Source: Candidatus Dichloromethanomonas elyunquensis
Lineage (GTDB): Bacteria > Bacillota > Desulfitobacteriia > Desulfitobacteriales > Syntrophobotulaceae
Length of the DNA stretch: 64,000 nt
NCBI GenBank assembly: GCA_001515265.1
Contig: LNDB01000011.1
Location: 1,848 to 65,847, forward strand
Reading direction: 5' to 3'
Of this stretch, positions 57,257 to 64,000 are shown piece after piece. A program made the position numbers and the translations under genes. Position 1 is the first letter of the stretch. Each line of letters opens with the position of its first letter. The notes under the pieces are model-generated. The model made no database searches. It had not been told where the DNA came from and saw only the letters and a list, made by a program, of their open reading frames with translations.

Positions 57257-58829
57257 CCCACATGCGCAGTACGGATTTTATAAGAACGAAACCCACCACC
57301 GCTGATATTAATGCAATCAGGAGGCATAGTCCAGCTACCTGATCGGATGAGCCGTAATGCAGATAATTATAAATTTTCAGTGTCAGTGTACCCTGTCCGG
57401 GCGGAACTACCAATAGCGTAGCTCCCAGTTCACCTCCCGTGAGAATAAAAACCAGACTGGCCGCGGCAATGAAACCGGGAGACATCATGGGCAATGTAAT
57501 CTTAAAAAAGGTCTGATGTCCATTCTTCTGTAATATACGGGCTGCTTCCAGATAGACCTTATTTTGCCTGCTTAATTGAGCTTGCAGTATCATCACGGCC
57601 CAAGGACTGAAACGAGACAGAGCCGCCATTACAGTCATCAGAAACGTGCCATAAACGGCCGATGTTTCAGGCCTGTTCCACAAATTTATTAGTCCGATTC
57701 CTATGAGCGGTGCCGGCATAACTAAGGGGAATAAAGCTGGAAGTCCGCCCAGAAAGAAGCGGGATCGTTGATTCAACCAAATAGCCACAGCGTATGCTAA
57801 AGGTAGCGCTGCCGCAGCGGTAATAAACATAATGCCGAAGGTGTAAGCTATTTCTATTTTGGAAGAAGCCAGAGAAACCACAAAACTCTGCCAGGATCCC
57901 ACAAGTTTAAGCAACATCAAAATCGGCACAATGATTTGCAGCACCATCAGTGTCACAGAAATACGTTCGAATAACCTCCATCCGGGCCAACCCCGGAATG
58001 TAGGCAACCATTCTAAGAATCCAAAGCCTGGCTGAACGGACGCTTTCTTCCAGGTCAGACCGGCCGCTCCGGCTATAATTACCGCCAATATCACCAGCGG
58101 TAAAGCCAGTAGTAAAGCCCTTAAAGGATCATTGGTGGCACTAAATTCCGCGAATATTTCCAGAGGATATATATTTACCTGAAACAACGAAGGTACGCTG
58201 TAGTCCATCAGAGTAAGCAGGAAGATAAGCAGTCCTGCTCCGGCTAAAACAGGTGCAGCTAAGGGCAATATCACCTGTTTCATTACCTGACGATCACTTT
58301 GCAGCATATACCCGGCTTTAACCAAATTCTGTTCAACACAGGCCAGGGCCATCAGGGATAATCCCAGAGCAAAAGGTAAAAGGGCCATGGACTGAACCCA
58401 CAGGCTTACTCTCCATCCCTCGACAGGCAGACGCCATCCTGTAAAAAACTCCATAGACTGATTGAAATAATATAAAGCGGATGACCAAGACAAAGCATGT
58501 ATATAAGGAGGAACAGCTACAGTGGCAACGGACCACCACAGGATCGTCCTGCTTAGCCTGCCGGGCCGGCGCAGAAGAGCAAAAGCACCAGTGAAACCAA
58601 TTAGCAGTGTAATAACTGAAACTCCCAGGGAATAAGACACAGTTTTGCTGAGCAGCAGTAGGCGGCGGCCGGATGGTATAATCAACTGCCAAAAATCAGA
58701 GGGTATTTTCTGCGCCTGAACCCATTTTAAGACCAAGCCAATAAGCGGTCCCAAAACAATAACCATAAAGAGTAAGGAGCCAACGCTTATTAAAATCGTT
58801 GACCAGGATATTCTGAACTTATTATTCAT
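57240..58829 (-). CDS. Two-domain ABC transporter permease (FbpB/ThiP type)
   Basis: 529 aa with about 12 TM helices. The duplicated permease architecture is typical of iron(III)/thiamine-family importers. Confidence 0.8.
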   Translation of the reverse strand: MNNKFRISWSTILISVGSLLFMVIVLGPLIGLVLKWVQAQKIPSDFWQLIIPSGRRLLLLSKTVSYSLGVSVITLLIGFTGAFALLRRPGRLSRTILWWSVATVAVPPYIHALSWSSALYYFNQSMEFFTGWRLPVEGWRVSLWVQSMALLPFALGLSLMALACVEQNLVKAGYMLQSDRQVMKQVILPLAAPVLAGAGLLIFLLTLMDYSVPSLFQVNIYPLEIFAEFSATNDPLRALLLALPLVILAVIIAGAAGLTWKKASVQPGFGFLEWLPTFRGWPGWRLFERISVTLMVLQIIVPILMLLKLVGSWQSFVVSLASSKIEIAYTFGIMFITAAAALPLAYAVAIWLNQRSRFFLGGLPALFPLVMPAPLIGIGLINLWNRPETSAVYGTFLMTVMAALSRFSPWAVMILQAQLSRQNKVYLEAARILQKNGHQTFFKITLPMMSPGFIAAASLVFILTGGELGATLLVVPPGQGTLTLKIYNYLHYGSSDQVAGLCLLIALISAVVGFVLIKSVLRMWGGEDD

Positions 58830-58832
58830 GGC

Positions 58833-59849
58833 TTAGCGTACGAATATTTCTTTAAGCTCTTTAGAGCTCAAATTCAACTGATTATAGATTTCCTGAAAGG
58901 TAACGGGCATATTTTTTACTCCTCCGGCGGGCAGCTCCATTTTCTGTTCAGCTACCGGATGCACAGGAATTTGGCTGAAACCGATTTCCACCATATTTTT
59001 TTCAACTTGGGGGCTAAGCAGGTAGTCAAGCAGCTGCTTACCGGTGTCGGGATTCGGTCCGCCCTTGATGAGAGCAATGGTATCCGGGATTACCAGCGTC
59101 CCCATTGAATCCTGATCGGGGAAAATGATCTTAACCGGTTTACCTTTTTCTACAGCATCCCAGGCATCATCGGTATCAGTCAGTCCCGCCGCGAGCTGAC
59201 CCTCGGCGACCATATCACGAACCACTGAATTACCATCGACAACTCTTACCCCAAGTTTATTCACGTTTTCAAAGAAACTCCGGGCTTTTTCCGGACCTAA
59301 GTAAGCATAGAGCGCTGCCGCCTGGTTTAACGTAGTTCCGAAAAGGGGGTAAGCCAAGCCGTAATGGTTTGAGGCCTTGACAGGATCAGCAAAGTCCAGG
59401 ACAGACTCTGGATATTGATCCGGCGTTAACAGATCGGTATTTACCAGAATAACTCTAGCCCGCCCGGCAAAGGCAGTCCAAAAACCTTCAGGATCTTTAT
59501 ATATAGGCGGTATGGACTGGGCTGAAGGTGATGAATAAGTCGTCAAAAGACCTTCGTTTTTCAGCAAGAGGGTCTGAACAAACTCCGAACTCCAGAAAAC
59601 ATCAGCCTGGGGCCGGTTTTTTTCCGTCAGCAGCCTGTTGACCAGTCCGGTTGTCTTCGTGGATTCCACATCATAAACTGCACGAACCTGGATGCCTGTC
59701 GTCTTTTCGAAGTCCTTGAGTATTGGCTCGGCGACCACCTGATCCACCGAGGTGTAAATCACGACTTGCTTAGATGAAGAGCAGCCTGTAGACAATATAA
59801 AACATAGCATCAACAAAAATAGCCCGACTTTTTTCAACATCCCCATCAT
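58833..59849 (-). CDS. ABC transporter substrate-binding lipoprotein (family-1 solute-binding, Fbp/Afu-like)
   Basis: Signal peptide with lipobox LSTGCSS; 338 aa; VVIYTSVD..ADVFWSSE pattern. Confidence 0.78.
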   Translation of the reverse strand: MMGMLKKVGLFLLMLCFILSTGCSSSKQVVIYTSVDQVVAEPILKDFEKTTGIQVRAVYDVESTKTTGLVNRLLTEKNRPQADVFWSSEFVQTLLLKNEGLLTTYSSPSAQSIPPIYKDPEGFWTAFAGRARVILVNTDLLTPDQYPESVLDFADPVKASNHYGLAYPLFGTTLNQAAALYAYLGPEKARSFFENVNKLGVRVVDGNSVVRDMVAEGQLAAGLTDTDDAWDAVEKGKPVKIIFPDQDSMGTLVIPDTIALIKGGPNPDTGKQLLDYLLSPQVEKNMVEIGFSQIPVHPVAEQKMELPAGGVKNMPVTFQEIYNQLNLSSKELKEIFVR

Positions 59850-59880
59850 CCTTTATTTCTATAAATTGTTTTATTTATTT

Positions 59881-60969
59881 CTACTTCACAACAAATTTCG
59901 CAACACCGGATTCCTTGCCGTTTAAGATAAGTGTAGCCTGATAGTTGCCCACCGGCCAGCCGTTGGTGGGGCGGCTCAGACTGAAGCCTACCCGGGCATC
60001 GCCGTTGATCTTTTGGGTCGGTCCATTAATAGACTGGTTCTGCTGGTCAAGGTAAGTCCAGCGAATGTCCACCGCGGTATTGCCTTTGACATTGGTAACC
60101 ATCGCAGAGAAAAAGATTTCCGGGGTATCGGTTTTAAACGTACTGGTAGGATTCTGCAAATTCTGCGCGCTATCCAGACCCAGACCCACACCCATGTCTT
60201 TTATGGCCATTCCCCCGCTCTTTTCAACGGTAAACTGGGCAGTCGTCGTAAAGGCGACAGCGCCGCCCATTAAAAGGCAAAAACATAAAAACCAACACAA
60301 AATAACCACAAAGAAATTACGCCTTGAGTACCAGCGACGCAGAAGGAAGCTCACAACCATAATAGCTCCGTAGACAACCCAACCTAAAGGCTTCGCTCCG
60401 CCTGCGCCAAAAAAGATGGCATAAAATAAGCCAATGAGGATAAATGGAACCCAAAACTTAAAGGCGGATACTTTACCTTTACTATTTGGAGGGTTGTTCG
60501 CGGAACCGTAAGGCGCTGCCCCGCTTGCCTGATAAACGCTTTGATAAACACCGCCCGCTTGTCCGGACTGATTTTGATATCCAGGCTGATTATATTGCGG
60601 AGGCTGATTATACTGTTGTTGAGGTTGTTGATTATATTGAGGTTGTTGATTGTACTGGGGCTGCTGAGGCTGCTGATTATACTGAGGCGATTGCGGCGGT
60701 TGTTGTGGCGGCGGAGGAGGCTGCATTTGCGGTTGGGGCGGTGGTGTTGGTTGAGCCGGCTGGGTGGGTTGTGTATAGCCTTGAGGCCCATAGCCCTGAG
60801 GAGTATAACCCTGGCCGGGAGGCGCTTGGGGCTGGCTGTGTAAAGGTTGGGCAGGCTGATTGACTTGCTGGTTGGGCGGCGGATTCTTTCCTTGAGGGCT
60901 GAAACTTCCAAAAGCCCCGCCAATAACGCCGCCATCTTGATTTTCGGGCTTACGATAATCGTCACTCAT
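59881..60969 (-). CDS. Membrane protein with a roughly 115-aa Pro/Gln/Tyr-rich low-complexity N-terminal region and a C-terminal beta-rich domain
   Basis: GGAGG RBS 9 nt before ATG 60969. Repeats PQYNQQPQQPQYNQQPQYNQQPQQQYNQPPQYNQPGYQNQ. Three hydrophobic helices (aa ~175-250). C-terminal domain ends GNYQATLILNGKESGVAKFVVK. Confidence 0.7.
   Translation of the reverse strand: MSDDYRKPENQDGGVIGGAFGSFSPQGKNPPPNQQVNQPAQPLHSQPQAPPGQGYTPQGYGPQGYTQPTQPAQPTPPPQPQMQPPPPPQQPPQSPQYNQQPQQPQYNQQPQYNQQPQQQYNQPPQYNQPGYQNQSGQAGGVYQSVYQASGAAPYGSANNPPNSKGKVSAFKFWVPFILIGLFYAIFFGAGGAKPLGWVVYGAIMVVSFLLRRWYSRRNFFVVILCWFLCFCLLMGGAVAFTTTAQFTVEKSGGMAIKDMGVGLGLDSAQNLQNPTSTFKTDTPEIFFSAMVTNVKGNTAVDIRWTYLDQQNQSINGPTQKINGDARVGFSLSRPTNGWPVGNYQATLILNGKESGVAKFVVK
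60555..60897 (-). repeat. Imperfect tandem coding repeats (P/Q/Y/N-rich low-complexity region)
   Basis: Plus-strand units such as ctgattatattg / ttgttgattatattgaggttgttgattgtactgg recur, encoding QPQYNQ-type units. Confidence 0.8.
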
Positions 60970-61191
60970 CTTTTTCATCCTCCAAAACATGATTTTGTTG
61001 TTAATTAAAGCTTTATGAATACAAATAAAATGATAGCCGCTACGGCCATAATAAAGAAAATGATACCTGAGGCACGGTCAGCTCACCGTTCCTTTTTCAG
61101 CACAGCCCATATAGACACCTCTCTCATCATGCTGTAATATGAATGATATCAGCTAGCGGCAATGGATATAACACACAAAATATGTAGTCAA

Positions 61192-61230
61192 GAAAAAACA
61201 CCCCACACAAAATGTGTGAGGGTGTTTTTT
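61192..61230. terminator. Bidirectional rho-independent terminator
   Basis: AAAAAACACCCCACACA-aaat-GTGTGAGGGTGTTTTTT, just downstream of the kinase pseudogene 3' end. Confidence 0.8.
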
Positions 61231-61253
61231 GCGTGATAAAGAGCGTTGTTTTA

Positions 61254-62476
61254 TTAGATTGTTTTGGTAATTGTCAGACCAAGACCGAATTTTCCTTTTT
61301 TCCCTTTATAGAATCGTGTAAAAAGGTTTTTTAAGTCCTCGGGATCAAACCCTGGACCGTCATCACTTATCGTTAAAACCAATTGATCGGTTAGAAGGTT
61401 GCTAATATCTACTTTAATGTCTATCTTGCTTTTGGCATAACGGAGGCAATTACTGATAATATTCGTTAGGGCCCTGGATAGTTTTTCTTCATCCCCTATT
61501 AAGAAAACTTTATTTTGGGGGAGTTGAAGGGAAATTTTGATATTCTCCTTATTCGCCAGAATTTTCATCCGTTCAGTTACGTCTTTGACGGCATCACTAA
61601 AATTGACGGATTTAAAAACGTACATTTCTTCATCCGTATCCAGCCTGGACAGATAGAGCAAATCTTCCACCAGTGAACAAAGCCGTTTCGATTCATCGAT
61701 AATAATATCCGTGGCAGTATGATTTTCTTCCACAACTCCGTACTTCAAACCTTCAGCATAACTTTGGATGACCATCAGCGGGGTTCTGAATTCGTGGGAG
61801 GCATTTTGCAAAAATATTTTTTGGGCTTGATCATAAGCTTCTAATTTTTCGGACATCCGGTTTACGTTCTCGGCTAGCTCCTGGATCTCGTTATCTGCCA
61901 CGATATTTACGTTGGAAATGAATTTCCGATCGGCCAGCGAACGGATATGTTCTTTTAAAGAAGTAAGCGGGCGTGAAATCCGCCTTGAGACAGAAGAAGA
62001 GACTGCTAGACTCAGAAGAGCCGTTACCAAGATAATGATTAAAAGAATAAGATTAATCACATTCTTCAAACCGGCTATTTGTTCCAGACTCGTATATAGA
62101 ACAATATAATTAATATTAATTTTGTTTGCAGGGGCAGGAATAAGGATCGCTGCATATTTAGTATGTCCATAATATACGGTAGCTTTTTTTCATTATGATT
62201 ATCACCAGCTGATTTTATTAATTCATTCAAAATGCTGTTCTCCAGTGTTTGACCTTGAGAATCAACCCTATCCGGTTGGACAACATTTAACTTATCATTC
62301 ACTAAAAAAGACTGAGCATTGATCACGGAAATATTCTTATTAAATGAGTTCACAATTTTATGGGAGGCCATAACCAGAGAGCGGTTATCATTCGTCAAAA
62401 AAGTAAAGCTGTCAGCTTGTTTGGAAAACGTATCTTTTGTTGGACCGGCACGGGAAGCCAATTGAGTCATGTCCAA
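61254..62476 (-). pseudogene. Degraded sensor histidine kinase (split into two ORFs and truncated at both ends)
   Basis: ORF 61254-62069 has a TM helix, the H-box ASHEFRTPL, and N/G boxes (SNCLRYA, DDGPGF, GLGL), but stops before the usual C-terminal ~30 aa. ORF 62075-62476 carries the sensor domain in another frame. No response regulator is adjacent. Confidence 0.75.
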
Positions 62477-62560
62477 TCGTCTTTAGCTGGACAAAATGGT
62501 CAAGTTTTAGACGGTTATGATATAGCAGATTGATTTAGATTATAATAAAAGTTAAAGTCT

Positions 62561-62998
62561 TTGATTGCAGGAGCAAAAGCCTTGTTCTTCACTGGAACAG
62601 GGCTTCAGTTTATTCCAAATCTTTATTATGCTTTAGAAATTCAACAGGATGAGCAAATTGCTCAAACGCTTGCCAAATTTGAAGAGGATCATCAAAGACA
62701 TGCCCATCAACTTGCCCAGAGAATCAGCGACCTCGGGGGTCGGCCTAAAGCAAGTACAGGTTATACAGGTATTATGGCTGATATAAATTCAGTGATTAAT
62801 TCCTTCCGGGGGCCGGAGGAGTTTCTAACACAAATATACAACGGGGAAGATAAAGGGATTCATGCTTATGAAGACCGCATTGATGAAATTGATCCGGTAA
62901 GCCAGGAAATTGTAAAACAGATCATGCGTGAAGATCATGAACACCTGAAATGGTTTAAAACGAGGATGGAAAAGGAAAAAGCCGAATATAACCAATAA
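62561..62998 (+). CDS. Ferritin-like four-helix-bundle domain protein (DUF2383-like)
   Basis: EEDHQRHAHQLAQRISDLGGRP and REDHEHLKWF helices. Start uncertain (TTG 62561); the N-terminal helix looks atypical. Confidence 0.5.
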   Translation: MIAGAKALFFTGTGLQFIPNLYYALEIQQDEQIAQTLAKFEEDHQRHAHQLAQRISDLGGRPKASTGYTGIMADINSVINSFRGPEEFLTQIYNGEDKGIHAYEDRIDEIDPVSQEIVKQIMREDHEHLKWFKTRMEKEKAEYNQ

Positions 62999-63189
62999 AA
63001 TGATTTCTTATAGCGAGGGTTTGACTTTGCCAAGTATGACCATGGAATTTAAATAATAGGTATAAGTAAAAACAATCCTGGAATCACTCAAGGAACCTTA
63101 GAACCCTTTTATCAGCATAATTATTATGATATAATAAAATTAATTACATTATATGTAAATGGATTTAGATAAACTGGAGGAACACGTCT

Positions 63190-63486
63190 ATGGCTATGAT
63201 TTATACCATTAATGAAATAAAAAAAATCGCGGGCGAAATCGCCAAAAGTCATGGCGTGGAGAAAATGTTTCTCTTTGGCTCCTACGCCAGGGGGGACGCC
63301 AAACCAGATAGTGACTTGGATTTTCGCATAGATAAAGGTTCTATCCGTGGACTATTTGCGCTCGGCGGATTGTATGCTGATTTAGAGGATGCTTTTAGCG
63401 TACCTGTGGATTTACTCGTCACTGAAAGCCTTGATGAAGCTTTCCGAAAGGAAATCTCATCTGAGGAGGTGCAGATTTACGGATAA
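63190..63486 (+). CDS. MNT-type nucleotidyltransferase antitoxin
   Basis: GSYARGDAKPDSDLDF (GSxxRGxxxxxSDxD) motif; 98 aa. Confidence 0.85.
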   Translation: MAMIYTINEIKKIAGEIAKSHGVEKMFLFGSYARGDAKPDSDLDFRIDKGSIRGLFALGGLYADLEDAFSVPVDLLVTESLDEAFRKEISSEEVQIYG

Positions 63487-63826
63487 AGCTAAAAGAGATC
63501 TAGGTATTATTTCTCGTATACTTTTGTACTGCACAGAGATTGACCAGACTGTTGCCCGCTTTGGCAACAGCTATGAGAATTTTAACTCGGATAAGATCTA
63601 TCGTAATGCCGCCACAATGTGCATCCTGCAAATCGGTGAATTAGCCGGTCGGTTGTCGTCGGACTTTACTGCGGCCAATCCTTCGGTTCCCTGGAGAAGT
63701 ATAAAGGCAATGCGCAATATTGCGGCACATGCTTATGGAAGCATGAGTATTCCGGATATCTGGGATACCATAACCAGTGACATTCCAGCGCTTAAGGAAT
63801 TCTGCCAAGAATTATTAAAAATATAA
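63434..63826 (+). CDS. HepT (DUF86, HEPN) toxin
   Basis: R-x4-H-x-Y motif (RNIAAHAY). Overlaps the MNT gene. The start codon is uncertain (ATG 63434 or a downstream non-ATG). Confidence 0.8.
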   Translation: MKLSERKSHLRRCRFTDKAKRDLGIISRILLYCTEIDQTVARFGNSYENFNSDKIYRNAATMCILQIGELAGRLSSDFTAANPSVPWRSIKAMRNIAAHAYGSMSIPDIWDTITSDIPALKEFCQELLKI

Positions 63827-63929
63827 TATTATTGGAGAGTCTTTTGATTAAACAAAGTGGCAAGTGAATTTATTTGATAATTAAAATTTTGCAAAAAGGC
63901 TATGGATTCTTTTACTGAATAGACTTTCA

Positions 63930-63970
63930 AAAACGGAACGCTGTCATAATTTTTGGCAGCGTTCCGTTTT
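63930..63970. terminator. Bidirectional rho-independent terminator
   Basis: AAAACGGAACGCTG-13 nt-CAGCGTTCCGTTTT with A/T tracts on both sides. Confidence 0.8.
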
Positions 63971-64000
63971 TAGACGAAGAAGGGTTTAGGCGCAAAAAAT

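Noticed and set aside
61020-61075. Minus-strand mini-ORF encoding a hydrophobic peptide (MAVAAIILFVFIKL), a possible type-I-toxin-like peptide.
   Set aside because: Only 14 codons from its ATG, with no convincing RBS and no antisense RNA features. It is most likely a chance ORF in a leader.
60991-61190. TPP or another riboswitch in the ~180-nt leader of the ABC operon (an Fbp/ThiBPQ-like transporter).
   Set aside because: The leader contains UGAGAG- and GCUGAAAAAGG-like strings, but not the conserved CUGAGA plus ACCUGAUCUGGAUAAUGCCAGCG elements of the TPP aptamer. Only short 5-bp stems are seen.
1-64000. CRISPR arrays, rRNA/tRNA genes, and in-frame TGA/TAG recoding (selenocysteine or pyrrolysine).
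   Set aside because: Visual scanning found no regularly spaced direct repeats and no cloverleaf-sized conserved segments in any intergenic gap. None of the recognised enzyme genes is interrupted by an in-frame stop. A tRNAscan/Infernal run would be needed for certainty.

Overview
This 64-kb window looks like a low-GC Gram-positive anaerobe. The gene content resembles Clostridia/Peptococcaceae, but that is only an inference. All product calls come from motifs read in the supplied translations; no database search was run.

Layout:
(1) 104-9033: a PAS-GGDEF-HD-GYP c-di-GMP protein, an SPFH/zinc-ribbon membrane operon, queCDE, and an FMN-dependent 2-hydroxyacid dehydrogenase-family gene.
(2) 9030-38270: a roughly 28-kb catabolic supercluster. 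It encodes an AraC regulator, three urocanase paralogs, glutamate formimidoyltransferase, imidazolonepropionase, a Liv-type ABC importer and formimino-THF cyclodeaminase. It continues with glutamate mutase glmS-L-E, methylaspartate ammonia-lyase and a full citDEFCXG lyase set. A four-gene module of unknown role is embedded in it: a LarA-like gene, the two AcnX subunits, and an FMN/Fe-S/FAD enoate-reductase-like gene.
(3) 38476-39950: ogt, alkA and a ferredoxin.
(4) 39951-46560: an AT-rich accessory patch. It holds a LysR regulator, an alpha/beta-fold protein lacking the nucleophile Ser, an MFS transporter, an amidohydrolase, a duplicated roughly 250-290-bp leader, and mobile-element debris.
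(5) 46590-51659: a DsrC/TusE-like protein lacking CysB, a cupin, a DsrMK-like membrane/Fe-S pair, and a membrane-embedded LuxR regulator.
(6) 51833-60969 on the minus strand: a tightly coupled operon. It joins a Pro/Gln/Tyr-rich membrane protein and an Fbp-type ABC importer to a membrane-anchored beta-propeller, a 756-aa polytopic protein and a 237-aa protein of unknown function, followed by an AIM24-family gene.
(7) 61254-63826: a decayed histidine kinase, a ferritin-like protein, and an MNT/HepT toxin-antitoxin pair.

No rRNA, tRNA or CRISPR array was seen.

Best candidates for undescribed biology:
- the LarA-like/AcnX/enoate-reductase module inside a histidine-glutamate pathway that lacks a recognisable mesaconase;
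- the divergent third urocanase;
- the ABC/propeller/unknown-membrane-protein operon;
- the CysB-less DsrC-like protein next to DsrMK-like genes.
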